A stretch of 63,184 bases of DNA, filler included, from Trichomonas gallinae (GCA_008369845.1; 5 parts of 5 records of this genome joined end to end with filler, not necessarily neighbours in it), one strand, 5' to 3'; shown: positions 41,988 to 54,283, numbered from the whole stretch's first letter. Numbers and translations: made by a program. Notes: generated by a model not told the origin, from the letters alone.

Positions 41988-43856
41988 ATGGAAATTTCGT
42001 CTGCGTGGAGAATCCGTTCTGAGAGTCCTGAGTCAGAGGCAGCACGAATAATGGTCAAAGATGTTGCTTTTTCACCCACTGGACACTCTTTTTGCTCTTT
42101 TGCTGGATCCAGCATCTTTTATAATTCAAATAATCTTGTAAAAGAAGTACAACTCGAATTAGATGCAGGAGAACAAATAACTACATGCTCAACAATTACA
42201 GAGAATCCGTGGATTTGTGCTGTTGGCACTAATTACGGAAAATTTATTACAATCAATCTAAATTCAGAAATTAGGACATATATCTTCCACACAACACAAC
42301 TCGAAAAGATTGTCTTCAACAGAATTGATGAATCATTAAGTTCTTTTATTTTAGTTTATAATCCGAACATTTTCGTGTATATTGCACTATCTGAGTTAGA
42401 TTATGCGAATAAATCACCTAAGTACGTTCCATTAGCACAAAAATTTTCAGTTCCTACTGCAAATATTCAAAATATTCAATTAATCAAAGCGGAAAACAAT
42501 CAATTAAGACTTTACGTAACATCAAACGATAAATTCTTATCTGTTTATGAAATGAATGCACCTTATAAGTCATCAATAACATCAGGAATCACAAGTATTG
42601 CAAAATCACTAAATCCTCTTGGAAAATCTTTTAAAGATTCATTGCCGACAGTATTAAAGACATACCAAGACTACAATGATGTGTCAAAGCTTGCCATTTC
42701 TCTTGCAACTTCACCAGGTAGTAAATTTATTGCAATTTCTGATAATATCGGAAGAATTTCATTAATTGATGTAAATAACGAATGCATTGTATCTGTTAAG
42801 CGTGATATAAGTGATGGGCAGCTTGCTTGGTACGGAAATGCTGAGCATTACAAATTAATAATTTATGCGCCGAGAAAAGAAGCTTTATTCGTTGTCAATG
42901 CACCATCATTTGAATTAATCGATTGCGTTAAATTACAGGGAACTGGAAAATTATATCAAAACTATTCTGGTGTTGCTTATAGCGTAATTTTCATGGATAG
43001 TTCAGGAAACATTGCAAATCTCAAGATGTCTTCACGCCACAAACATAGAACACATGCACACGAGCTCGAGCCACTTGAACATCCTGAATTGGGCCAGATT
43101 TCGACACCAGATTTAGATTTGGAACAAAGCATCATTGAATGCCTTAGCAAAGCCAGCCCACAGAAAGAGAAAGTCATGGAATTGATTTCAAATGTAACAA
43201 ATCTAGAATTAGCAGGACATATTGTGAAAATTCTTGCAAAATTCGAAAATGTTACCGATGACTTCTTGCAAGATTGCATTTCCAGCCTCAAAATTACTAC
43301 TAACTACCATATTCCTTCACCTGTTAAGCGCCAATTTGATAATTATTTATCAGATTTTTCAGGAGAGAAAATGAAGCCCGAAGAAGAGTTCGGACACTTC
43401 GTTGGACTCGTTGCATTATGGTCCGATGCAATGAACATTGAAGCTTTAACTTATCCAATTCAAGAATTTCCAAAGTCTGAAATTACAACTTGGTACTCGC
43501 AAAACTATGAAGCTCAGGCCTTAACACCTCCAAAATATGTGCCTTTGAGACTCTTTATTACAGAGCCACTTCGTAATTTCGAAATCTTGTTTGCAACGTT
43601 GAGAAAAGGAGCTTCGTATTACGATTTCATCAGAATCATGATGGTTGTGTCTCCAACATCAATAGATAAGTTCATTCAGCACTTTATGTATTGGTGCGCA
43701 GTAATTTCTGCTTCTCAGCTATGTATGGTTCAAAATGTTCTACAAGGACTTATCAACAACGGACAAAAAGAAGCAATGCTCGACTGCTATAAGAATATAC
43801 CCGACAAATCAAGTGAAACCAACAAAGCTCTCGTCATGAAAATAATTGCATTATAA
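41988..43856 (+). CDS. Rab3GAP regulatory subunit (RAB3GAP2)-like protein
   Basis: SPGSKFIAISDNIGRISLIDV...DGQLAWY...LIIYAPRKEAL matches RAB3GAP2_N (SPxxxLAAVTDxFGRVxLLD...DAQxGW...LVIYAPRRGIL). Confidence 0.75.
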   Translation: MEISSAWRIRSESPESEAARIMVKDVAFSPTGHSFCSFAGSSIFYNSNNLVKEVQLELDAGEQITTCSTITENPWICAVGTNYGKFITINLNSEIRTYIFHTTQLEKIVFNRIDESLSSFILVYNPNIFVYIALSELDYANKSPKYVPLAQKFSVPTANIQNIQLIKAENNQLRLYVTSNDKFLSVYEMNAPYKSSITSGITSIAKSLNPLGKSFKDSLPTVLKTYQDYNDVSKLAISLATSPGSKFIAISDNIGRISLIDVNNECIVSVKRDISDGQLAWYGNAEHYKLIIYAPRKEALFVVNAPSFELIDCVKLQGTGKLYQNYSGVAYSVIFMDSSGNIANLKMSSRHKHRTHAHELEPLEHPELGQISTPDLDLEQSIIECLSKASPQKEKVMELISNVTNLELAGHIVKILAKFENVTDDFLQDCISSLKITTNYHIPSPVKRQFDNYLSDFSGEKMKPEEEFGHFVGLVALWSDAMNIEALTYPIQEFPKSEITTWYSQNYEAQALTPPKYVPLRLFITEPLRNFEILFATLRKGASYYDFIRIMMVVSPTSIDKFIQHFMYWCAVISASQLCMVQNVLQGLINNGQKEAMLDCYKNIPDKSSETNKALVMKIIAL

Positions 43857-44683
43857 ATATGTTTGTTTTATTATTAACTTATCTATCTCTATTCTACATC
43901 AAATATTACATAGAAAATTACATTATCAGACAATAATTCCGACTTATTTCGAAGATCTTGGTATAAGCATCATTTCCAGAAGGATGTGGAATGTCTACTA
44001 CATGTTTGTGGATACTGTGTCATTCATCATCCTCTAGATGTTATTTTAGAATAAGTCAGCTTTTCTTCGGCTGAATCAACCTCAAGAAGAAAAATTTTGA
44101 TACAAATCAACGTAATCTTACAGAATAAGCATACTTAGTTGATTCCATACTGAGAAATCCAGAACATTGTTGTTCCAAGCGACATCAAGTCTATTGGCAC
44201 TTGTTTAATTTCAAAAATATTTTTATTAAAATTTGACATGTTCTCTTTATATCAATAGAGATGCATAAATAAATTATGATTTCTACAAAATGACAAGGAA
44301 GTAAGCAAATATTTTTACATGACAGATTTTTGTATTTAGATGATATTTGTATACTTTACATGTCAATTTTACACTTTTTATCAAATCAAAAAACTGAAAA
44401 TTTTACAGAAAATTTGCGAGCGAGACTCAATTTCATTCTCGGCTTTTTTCCTCAACTCAATTTAGTCTAACGTTTACATCTATACATATAACATTGGATC
44501 CATATGAATGATAAATCATATCAATATTGATAATTGGTGGTAAATTGTCGTTCTGTCAAATATTGCTGAAAAAAAATTTATCTGACATGTAAACTTACAA
44601 TTGACTGAAAAATTGAATATCAGACAGATAAAACTGACATAAAAGTGAAAAAATTTGCCATCTTTTTTTTTTTTTTTTAAGTA

Positions 44684-46600
44684 ATGATTGGTATTGATCT
44701 TGGCACAAGCAACTCTGCTGGATGCTTCCTTAGAAACGACAGGCTAGAGATGCTCAAGTATTCTGGTGAAGATCTTCTTCCGTCTTATGTTTTGTTCCAA
44801 TATTATAATCCAGCAACCAAGAAAATTGAACCCGCATTCGGAAAAGCTGTGAAAAATAGATGCAGTGATCCAGAAAACATGATCTTTGGAACTAAAAGAT
44901 TAATCGGACGTCAATATAATCATCCAAAAGTTCAAGAATTCATTGCGCAGAATCCTCAATTAACAATTATAAATAATAACGGAAAACCAGAGTTCAGAGT
45001 ATCTGCTAAAGATCCAGATGATGAAAGTAAAGTATATTATGAAAATATTTCTCCAGAACGTGTCGGCGCTGAAATATTAGCTCATATAAAGAGCCAGTAT
45101 AGGGCTCTTTTTGGAAAAGACGCAACGCATGCCGTAATTACAGTTCCAGCAAAATTCGATACAAATCAGCGAGCTGCAACAAAATCTGCTGCACTGATGG
45201 CAGGTTTCCAAGAAGGAGAAATTGAATTCATTAGTGAGCCAACTGCTGCAGCATATCTATATAAAAAGCAATCTGAGAATGAATCTCCAAATAATTCCTC
45301 ACAGAAAACAGTCCTGATTTTCGATTTTGGTGCAGGAACATTGGATTGTTCGATTGTTAAATTCAACGACAAAACATTCAACGTTCTCGCAGTTTCAGGA
45401 AACGCTGATCTTGGAGGCGAAGATTTCGACAACATTATTTTGAATTGGCTTCTTGAAAAATTCCAAAAATCACACCCAGATGTGAATCCAAGTGGACAAA
45501 GCATAAGGCGCTTGAAGAAAGAGGCAGAAGAAGGAAAAATCAGATTGTCTAATTTAAAGTTAACAACTTTTGAAGTTGATAACTTTGTCTCTGGCTATGA
45601 TCTACGTGTGAGAATGAAACAATCAGAGTTCAAATCACTTATAGCAGATAAGCTTAATGAAGCGACAAAAATTATCGATGATGTTCTCAAAGCAGCAAGA
45701 ATTACCAAAGATGACATTTCTGCGGTTATTCCTATAGGGGGCTCCTGCTATATTCCAGCTGTGAAAGAGCTGCTGATGGACTATTTTGATAACACTAATG
45801 CAATAGTAGTCGAATCTCTCGAATTCGAACACGCTGTTGCCCAAGGTGCAGCTTTGATCGGTGAAGCAAGGAATGTTAAAGAAACTATTTCAGATCCTAA
45901 CAGGAGAAGATCACACGGAATTGCTGAGATCTCAGATGACTACTCGTATTCCTCCAGCAACAATTCTAACTATCCTAGTGATATTGTGCAAGACGTTCTT
46001 CCATCTCCTATTGGTGTAGAAATTGCAGGCGGCAAATTCTTCCCATTCGTTGGCCGTGGAAGGAAATTCCCAATATCAATTAAATATCCCTTCAAAGTCG
46101 ACCACACACATCGTTCGCTTTCTATCAGTCTTTACCAGGGCGATGGACAACTCGTGAAAGATAATACACTGATCAAAAGCATTATAATGGATAACATTCC
46201 TCCAAACATTGATGTGTTATGGGTTACAATAACAATGGACTCGCTTGGCAAGATTAATCTTGTCACAATGGATGATAAAGATATAATGAGGAGAGAATTA
46301 GCAGTTGAGTGCAACGGCAAGTTATCTGAGGAAGAAATCAACGAAGGAAAACAAAAAATATACTCCAGAATTCAAGAAGAAGAACTTAAAAATAAGATTA
46401 AAAAGGAGCTGGATCAACTTATCAATGGAATACAAAAGGTCAAGAGAGGCCATCCTCGTAAGAATGAACTTGGTCAATTAGAAAATGAATGTGATGATTT
46501 ATATGTTATTATTGATACTAAGGGATCATTTAATCCCAATGAACATCTTGCCGAATTTGAAGATATCAAGCGAAGATTATCCTCTATTATCTCAATATAA
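44684..46600 (+). CDS. Divergent Hsp70/DnaK-family protein
   Basis: GIDLGTSNS, TKRLIGR, VITVPAKF, SEPTAAA, FDFGAGTLD, LGGEDFD, PIGGSCYIP; Ser-rich linker insert; no EEVD. Confidence 0.9.
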   Translation: MIGIDLGTSNSAGCFLRNDRLEMLKYSGEDLLPSYVLFQYYNPATKKIEPAFGKAVKNRCSDPENMIFGTKRLIGRQYNHPKVQEFIAQNPQLTIINNNGKPEFRVSAKDPDDESKVYYENISPERVGAEILAHIKSQYRALFGKDATHAVITVPAKFDTNQRAATKSAALMAGFQEGEIEFISEPTAAAYLYKKQSENESPNNSSQKTVLIFDFGAGTLDCSIVKFNDKTFNVLAVSGNADLGGEDFDNIILNWLLEKFQKSHPDVNPSGQSIRRLKKEAEEGKIRLSNLKLTTFEVDNFVSGYDLRVRMKQSEFKSLIADKLNEATKIIDDVLKAARITKDDISAVIPIGGSCYIPAVKELLMDYFDNTNAIVVESLEFEHAVAQGAALIGEARNVKETISDPNRRRSHGIAEISDDYSYSSSNNSNYPSDIVQDVLPSPIGVEIAGGKFFPFVGRGRKFPISIKYPFKVDHTHRSLSISLYQGDGQLVKDNTLIKSIIMDNIPPNIDVLWVTITMDSLGKINLVTMDDKDIMRRELAVECNGKLSEEEINEGKQKIYSRIQEEELKNKIKKELDQLINGIQKVKRGHPRKNELGQLENECDDLYVIIDTKGSFNPNEHLAEFEDIKRRLSSIISI

Positions 46601-47075
46601 AGTTTATTAAATATTTTTATGAATATTTAACGATATTAATGAATTCATACCAATACAAAGTTTCTATTGTATTCTATTTTTCATATTGAAAATATATATT
46701 ATAATGAAACTTGATATCATTTTAAATTTCGAACTATCTAATTATTTGAGTATGTTCAAACAAAATTTTTACATGAGGAAAACTTCTGTATATTGATATT
46801 TTGTATCAAAAATAAAATATTTCGATAAATCAATAATTTTTTTCACAACAGTTGTTTCTTTTAACACAGAAATGAACAATAGATTGAAACTATTATAGCA
46901 TTATACAGTATGTATATCTGAAACTACTGATTCAATTTCAAAAATTATTTTTTGTCTATATGAAATGTTTGAAGTTAACATATGTCAGATTTTAAGGAGA
47001 AATTTTCAAAAGTAGTTGAATTTAAAACAAAACAAACAAATAATTTTTTTTATTTATATTTCTATAGAAACAATT

Positions 47076-47747
47076 CTAATCCATAGTAGCAACAATCGTT
47101 CCATCATCTGCTGGTTTAATATCTATGTATTTGCTTCTTTGTGAGCCAACGATATAACCCAATAAGAAATCGTAGATTAATGGTAATAAAATAAATATGT
47201 ATGAGCGCTGTAATAATATTTTCTTATATGCAAAAATCGTTTTCGTTTCTATGTTTGATGAGATATAACTTAAAAATGCGCACATCAAGGTATTTGCAGC
47301 AACATATACAAACCCTTCGTGATTTTCTGTAATAGGCATCGATCTAGATGGTGGACCGGCAATGAGACTGATAATTTTTGTCCAAAGAAAACAAAGTGCT
47401 GAGAAAATGGCTGTGAAATTTGTCATGAAAACGGCATATTTGTTGACCCAATGCGCTTGGAGTATCCATGTTGGCGTAATCAAACAACACATGATTCCGG
47501 CAAAAATTAATGTTGTAGATATGTATCCACACATTGCCTGTAGCTTGTAATCATTGAGTGATATCCAAATAATGAAAAGATAGAACAGAGCAAGAACAAA
47601 TAATGTGATTCCAACATTAAAAGATGAATTTTCGTTGAGTAATAGCAAAAATATCTCTGAGAATGCAATAGAAGAAGTAAAGATGCCAAGGATTGAGAAT
47701 GTTAAAGGGAATTTCAAATATTTGTGAAACAAAATCTTGAAATCCAT
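47076..47747 (-). CDS. Multi-pass membrane protein of unknown function
   Basis: 223 aa with about six hydrophobic segments. Confidence 0.7.
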   Translation of the reverse strand: MDFKILFHKYLKFPLTFSILGIFTSSIAFSEIFLLLLNENSSFNVGITLFVLALFYLFIIWISLNDYKLQAMCGYISTTLIFAGIMCCLITPTWILQAHWVNKYAVFMTNFTAIFSALCFLWTKIISLIAGPPSRSMPITENHEGFVYVAANTLMCAFLSYISSNIETKTIFAYKKILLQRSYIFILLPLIYDFLLGYIVGSQRSKYIDIKPADDGTIVATMD

Positions 47748-49243
47748 TTTTCTTATCTATTTAGGGTCTTCCAAATTATTTTAGGGACTGTAACCTTTGA
47801 TGTGTTATTTTGCTATGGTTTCAACTCATGACACACAGTGATATATAAAGACCTATGCCTAATATCATTATTACACTAATTAAGTTTACATGAATTAAAA
47901 TATTTTTTGAGATCCACTTATTAATCTGATATTAATACGATGTATTACCAATTTGTTTTAAATATTTGCATATATTTCCAGGAATAACATATTTTAATTC
48001 ATTTGATCTGTCTTTAGATTACAATCGTATTGATTGATCTGATCATTATACTAATATTGCATGAAACATTCAGAATCAGCGTGTTAACGCGTAGTTATAC
48101 ATGATATTTGTCTATTCACGCATTTTAATAATTCAATGTCTTAGATTAAATCTTTTCGATCAGCAATCTTGTTTTATAACAAATTTTAGATGCTGATATC
48201 TTAGAATTTCGAATCCAGACGATTATCAACAGTGAGTTTACCTGTATTTTTTTCTCGATGTGCAGCTTATCGATTTGTGTAATATGCTTATCAGCAATGA
48301 TATGTAAAGTATTTTAATGATAAATAAGCAAAGATTTTTGGTTGAACATACTGTTATAATTTGAATTTATATTCAAATTCAAAAAGAATGCTATTTACAC
48401 ATATTCGTTAATACAGTGAATTATGTAGTGTCTATAAAATAAATTGACAAACTCATAAGGCCATTAAATACATTTTTGTAAAAAAGTTAATTTGCAATTG
48501 ATCGTTATTGACCTCAAAATTTCGCTTTATAACTTTCTGGTTACACTTCAAGTTGGCAAATAATCACAGATCTTTAGAGAATAATAAATAATGCCACCTT
48601 TTGAATAAAAAAACACAATTTTAAAAATTCCACCATTATAGAACGTTATTTCATTAGTGAAAATTTCATATAATTATGTAACAGAACATATTTCTTAGAT
48701 GAGATACATCTAACGATATTTATTCAATTTACAATCTTCAAGGGTCTGATAAAACAAAAAAGGGGTATTTTTCGAAAATCACAAAAAACACATTAGTATG
48801 GTGAATATAGCATGCATAAAGTTTTTAGGCAAAAATTTTACCCTTCCGATCACCTCTCAAAATTTTGTTTACTGGAATACTTATATATAAAGAGACAATG
48901 ATAATTTTCCCGAACGTTAAGTTTCTCTTTGAAAAAGTTAAAAAAAAGTTATAAAAAATTTTGATACAATTTGATCGTATGATTATTAATGAAGAAAATA
49001 TTTAGCAGGCACAAAAAATTCAGAAAGATTTAGGTCAGCTATGTCACTTTTATGATTTTGCATTTCTTCGTATTATGTTTCATTGACAGTTATATATCAT
49101 TCGGTCACTTTTTTGATTTTGGATCGGCCATGACACTTTTATTGCAATCAAGTGATAATTGTATTCAGGAATGTTTTCTCTAGCGTCACGATCAAAAATC
49201 ATAAATTTTGAAAACATCACGCGATTTTGAATAATTATTATAA

Positions 49244-49996
49244 ATGCTTTCCTCTTCAATGCGAGTATCGATATCCAAAGATGTTCAGGTAGTTGAGGAT
49301 GATGCCACAGATGTTTTTGCGAAGGACTTAAGCTTCGAAACATTCAAGAAGTCTTGTCATGATTCATTAATGTTGCCATCAACTAAAGTTCCTTCACGAT
49401 TTATCAAGCCAAAGAAGCTATTCTTCTACGCTATTATCGCATTTGTCATTTGCAGCTTATGCAACCTAATCCCATTTCCAAAAGAAATTAAATTAGGTGA
49501 TTTCGATTTCGACATAGAAAAATTCATGTTAATTCAAAGAATATCTCTACTTTCCATATTAACGACTGTTGCTTATTTAGAATAAATTTTGTTTGTATAT
49601 TTTCTTAGTTAAGCGACTGTTTTATACCTACGTTCTCTTATATTTCCTCAAGAAATGAATTGCTGTTAGGTTATTGAACGCTCAATCAGTGACCAAATTA
49701 TCGAAAATAATTTAACGGTACTGTATCATTTCCTTTCCGATGCTCTGTATGCGGATAATATGCTAATCCCAGATCCGTCATCTTTTGATGGTCTTATAAG
49801 CAATATTTATTTAAAAAATAAAATAAGTTTGCCAAATCCAGAAATTTATGCGTATTATGTAATAAATACATAAAAACAGATATTTTCTTCAATTAAACAA
49901 GTGTTGGAGATCAGATCTCTATCTTCCAACGCAATCTGCGAATTTTTCAATGTGTATGATCAATATACTATGTATACAGTTATTTTCATTAATTAA
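49244..49996 (+). pseudogene. Membrane-protein gene interrupted by in-frame stops (intact 113-aa ORF to 49585)
   Basis: The same frame continues past TAA 49583, TAA 49610, TAG 49667 and TAA 49871, with runs of 67 and 40 sense codons. Confidence 0.5.
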
Positions 49997-50263
49997 ATTT
50001 AAGTTTAGTTGCATTTTCAATTTTTGAATTTTCCGATTCAATTGAAATGCATAGTTTTATATATACATCTACGAAATATGTCAAGAGAAGACAAAATTAT
50101 CAGATGAAATATGGCGAACTGACAATAATTCAAATCGAACTGATCTATTTTTATGTTATCATCGTGTTTGCGATATTGCAATGGCATATTTATACGAAAT
50201 ATCAAGTAAATAACGTTTAAATCAAGTATAACAGCATCATAAAAAAAAAAAAAATATAAATGT

Positions 50264-53200
50264 TTACTCATTTGTATATACAGCACACATAAATACATGA
50301 TATAATAAGGAATCATCAATGTTTAAGTTTGTTATCTCATCAAATGAACAATAGTATGATTTCTTTACATTGCTGGAGCAGAAAATTGATGAAGGGTATG
50401 TGTGCGAGACTAGTACATTGCTTGCGAATGGGAATGCTTGGATGAAAGAAGAGAAATCTTTGTTGCCGCAGTATAATATGTTCTTAGCATTAGTCTTGAT
50501 GAAGGCATCGGCACCAATGTAGTTGACACTCATTGGAATTCTGATCGAAGACTTGATTCCTGTACCAACAAATGACCTGTTTCCTATGTGTTCGATTCTT
50601 CTTGGCATGGATTCTATGTTTGCGCAGTTCTCGAATGCGCTCGTTCCAATCACAGTCACAGATGAAGGAATGTGCATTGAAAGAAGCTTGCATCCTCTGA
50701 ACGCGAAATCGCCAACAGACTTGATTGTGTTAATCGATGTGAATTTTTCTAAATTTTCACATCCATCAAATGTTCCTTCTGGTATTGAAGTAATGATATC
50801 GTTTGTAATCAAGTGTAATGATCTTATTGATGGAAAATTGACAAAGTTTATTGATGCTGTCTTTAGATTTCTGCAGTTTTTGAAAACATTCTTTCCGAGC
50901 TTTTGCGTGATATTGATTTCGATTCTCTCGTTTTTCTTTCCTTCAAAACATGAGTCTTCAATTGTATCAATAATAGAACCAAATCCAAATGTCATGTTTT
51001 GCAGATTAATGTTTTTAAATGCATCTTTTTTAATCAGTTCGATCTTCATTTTTTCTGGTATTATGATATGATTTATATTCGGTGCATTTCCGAACAAACT
51101 GTTATCCATCACCTTCATTGAATCAGGGATAGTGAAACTTCTTAATGACTGGCAATTTTCAAAAGCATGGAATCCTATTGTTCCAATCATTGAATTCTCT
51201 TCAAATATTATATTTTCTAATTCGATGCAATTAGCAAATGCAAACGATCCAATTGCTCGAATATTTCTAGGAATTTTAATGTTTTTGAGTTTTGAACATC
51301 TCGAAAATCCATAATTTCCAATTGTACTAAATTTAGAATTAGATTCTATTTTAACCTCTATTAGCGATGTGCAATTCTCAAGAGCATTAAAGCCTAGCAA
51401 TGAACAATTCATATAAACATATATTTTAGTCAATGAAATGCAATTACTAAATGCGAAATTGTTCAATTGAATTATGTCTGATATATTGATACTTGTGAGT
51501 TTTGTGCAATTCATGAATGCATTTACTGAAATAGAAACAGGGCCGAGAACATCGAATGATTTTATATTTGTGTTCATAAATGCTGAGTCTTCAATGAGAG
51601 ATAATGTTGTGCCTTTACCAAATGTTATAGATTCGAGTTTAGTGTTTGTGAATGCCTTCGTTTTGATTGACTTTATTTGCAAATTTGCTGCAATGAAAAT
51701 GTTCTTGATTGATGGCGCATTTCCAAATAAGTCATTAGAAATAGATATGAACGAGTCAGGAATATTGAAGTTTTCGAGCGATGTACATCCAGAAAAAGCA
51801 TTTGTTGATATTTGCATCATATGAGAACCAGTTTCATAAATAACAGAAGAAAGACGAATACAGCCATCGAAACAGCTTTGTCCAATTGTTGTACAGTTCG
51901 CAGGGATTTTGATCATTACAATGTTATTGCATCCTTTAAATGTATTTGACCCTAAAATTGTCAGTGCTGAGAATTTCCCGAATATTATAGATTCAAGAGA
52001 AACACAATCTGCAAATATTGAGTCTGCATTCAAGTTACACAATGAATTTTCCGGGAAAGTAATTGTTGAAAGTTTCGTGCATCCTGCGAACGCATTACTT
52101 TCGACTATCTTTAGTGATTTTGGGAGATCGACTCTTGTTAGTGCTGTACACGAGTAAAATGTGCCTTCCTCAATGTATTCGAGTGCGCAATCTTCTTCGA
52201 ATGACAAATTGGAAAGTTTTCTGCACAAATAGAATGCATTCGTTCCAATTACATTAATTTGCTGCAATATTTTTGCATCAACTCTTCCTCCTGGACAAAC
52301 AACAAGACGTTCACCATTAATTGTGTACACTATACCATCCTTGCTTTTGTAATTTTTATTTGACTCATTGACATTTATTGATGTCAATGATGAACATCCC
52401 AAGAAAATGGATGAGTCGAAACTAGTAATTGAAGGAGGAATTGTCACATGATTCAACTTTACGCAATCTTTGAAGTCTCCACTGCCAAATGAACTCAATT
52501 CAATTCCATCTTCAAATGTCAATAACTTCAATTGCGAATTTCCAACCCATGTATTCCCTTCTAATTTCTTCAATGTTTTTGGCAAACACAAATTTTCAAT
52601 AGGAGTATAAGCAAACGCCATATTTTTTATTTCGACTAATGAACCACCACTCAAAAATATTAATTCCTTTAGATTTTTGCATTCTTTAAAAGCATTTACT
52701 CCAATTGTTTTGACATTTTTTGGAATAGTGAAAGAAATTAAATTGTTGCAATAAGCAATAGACTCATAAGGAAATGCACTAAGAGCGCAGTTTGGATTAA
52801 AATTTATTTCAGTGAAAAGACTTTCTTTGAACGTTCTATCGCTCAATGTTGCCATATTCTTTCCAAATGATACCGAATTTGACTTGCAAGCATGAAATCC
52901 ATATCCACCAATATATTGTGGACCATTGCCTTCGAATATGATGCTTTTAAATGTACTTGAATCAAATGCATAAACTCCAATATATTGTAATGATGATGGA
53001 AATATAATATCTTCAAGTAAAGATATTGAAGCAAATGAGTATGAATCAATTGATGTGATACCAAAAGACATTTTAATCGAAGTCAATTTCATGATCAAAG
53101 AAAAACAATATGATCCGATAATTTCGCACGAAGAATGAATTACTGCTTTCGAGATTCCACCTGAACATGCAATTGCCGTAGACTTGTTAAAATTATATAA

Positions 53201-54283
53201 GATTCCATCTAATGCTGAAAACGCAGTATTTGAAGGATCAACAACTATATTTGTTAAAGAAGTACAGCTCTGTAGTAATGTTGGTGATATTTCGGTCACA
53301 GATTTAGGGATTGTCATGCTTGTAGATGCAGGTGATGCATATAGTATTATTGTTTTATTTTTATTCATCAGCGCTGCAGGCCTTTCAACACTATAAGCTG
53401 GATTATTTTGATCTATTTCAATTAATTCGATGCTTGGACATCCAGTGAAAGCTTCAAGAGAGATATTTGTCAATGATTCAGGAATATAAATTTTTGTCAG
53501 TCTATTAACTTTTTGGAATATATATGGTTCAATTGTTTTAACTTTTGCAGGGAAATTAAAATTGATAATTTTCGTTCTAGAGAACGCATATTCACAAATT
53601 TTCGTTAAGTTGCTATTTTCTTCAAAAATAACTGTTGAGAGTTGCGTATATATGAAAGCATACTCTTTTATAACCTGAACAGAAGCAGGAATCATTACTT
53701 TGGTTAATCCACTATATGCGAAAATATAAGCTGAAAAAATTGCTGCTGTTGAACCCGGCTCAAATAATATATTATTAACACTGCTATCTAATATCACGCC
53801 ATTACCGAAATTTGTTACTGTATTCGGAAATGTTATTGTTTTCATCTTTGCTTGGGCTTCAAATGCTTGAGAACTTATAGTTTTCACAGTTCGAGGAATA
53901 CATGGCATAGATCTATGTGGTGGAATCTTTATTAAGGTTTCTTTCCCTTTATAGTAAAGTGCTCCATACTCATCAAGTTCCAAATATGGATTCTGCTCGT
54001 CTAAAATCCAATTTTCGAATGCATAGGAGTATTGTGTACTTGAAGGATCAACAAGTTTTACTGTTTTCGATAAAGAAACATTAACTAAAATCCGAAAATT
54101 AGCAAAACATCTAAAATACAGTGCAGTTATTCCTTCTCCTACAATAATTGCAGAAATTGCAGTAACATCGCAATTTGCAATAACATCATTCTGTGTTAGT
54201 CCTCCTTCTCCTGAAATTGTTAATGATGAGCCTTTTACGCTGTATTTTAAGCATAAAGCAAACCAAAAACAATACAGAAGCAT
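50264..54283 (-). CDS. BspA-like LRR (TpLRR/LRR_5) surface protein
   Basis: Dozens of IxxxAFxxCxxLxxIxIP repeats plus NxxYxSxDGIxY inserts; signal peptide; short hydrophobic C-terminus. Confidence 0.93.
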   Translation of the reverse strand: MLLYCFWFALCLKYSVKGSSLTISGEGGLTQNDVIANCDVTAISAIIVGEGITALYFRCFANFRILVNVSLSKTVKLVDPSSTQYSYAFENWILDEQNPYLELDEYGALYYKGKETLIKIPPHRSMPCIPRTVKTISSQAFEAQAKMKTITFPNTVTNFGNGVILDSSVNNILFEPGSTAAIFSAYIFAYSGLTKVMIPASVQVIKEYAFIYTQLSTVIFEENSNLTKICEYAFSRTKIINFNFPAKVKTIEPYIFQKVNRLTKIYIPESLTNISLEAFTGCPSIELIEIDQNNPAYSVERPAALMNKNKTIILYASPASTSMTIPKSVTEISPTLLQSCTSLTNIVVDPSNTAFSALDGILYNFNKSTAIACSGGISKAVIHSSCEIIGSYCFSLIMKLTSIKMSFGITSIDSYSFASISLLEDIIFPSSLQYIGVYAFDSSTFKSIIFEGNGPQYIGGYGFHACKSNSVSFGKNMATLSDRTFKESLFTEINFNPNCALSAFPYESIAYCNNLISFTIPKNVKTIGVNAFKECKNLKELIFLSGGSLVEIKNMAFAYTPIENLCLPKTLKKLEGNTWVGNSQLKLLTFEDGIELSSFGSGDFKDCVKLNHVTIPPSITSFDSSIFLGCSSLTSINVNESNKNYKSKDGIVYTINGERLVVCPGGRVDAKILQQINVIGTNAFYLCRKLSNLSFEEDCALEYIEEGTFYSCTALTRVDLPKSLKIVESNAFAGCTKLSTITFPENSLCNLNADSIFADCVSLESIIFGKFSALTILGSNTFKGCNNIVMIKIPANCTTIGQSCFDGCIRLSSVIYETGSHMMQISTNAFSGCTSLENFNIPDSFISISNDLFGNAPSIKNIFIAANLQIKSIKTKAFTNTKLESITFGKGTTLSLIEDSAFMNTNIKSFDVLGPVSISVNAFMNCTKLTSINISDIIQLNNFAFSNCISLTKIYVYMNCSLLGFNALENCTSLIEVKIESNSKFSTIGNYGFSRCSKLKNIKIPRNIRAIGSFAFANCIELENIIFEENSMIGTIGFHAFENCQSLRSFTIPDSMKVMDNSLFGNAPNINHIIIPEKMKIELIKKDAFKNINLQNMTFGFGSIIDTIEDSCFEGKKNERIEINITQKLGKNVFKNCRNLKTASINFVNFPSIRSLHLITNDIITSIPEGTFDGCENLEKFTSINTIKSVGDFAFRGCKLLSMHIPSSVTVIGTSAFENCANIESMPRRIEHIGNRSFVGTGIKSSIRIPMSVNYIGADAFIKTNAKNILYCGNKDFSSFIQAFPFASNVLVSHTYPSSIFCSSNVKKSYYCSFDEITNLNIDDSLLYHVFMCAVYTNE

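Noticed and set aside
13332..49996. TAA/TAG reassigned to Gln (alternative genetic code)
   Set aside because: Conserved genes (PP1, LDH, Sec61, thioredoxin) end at TAA and have no internal stops; the internal stops are confined to relics.
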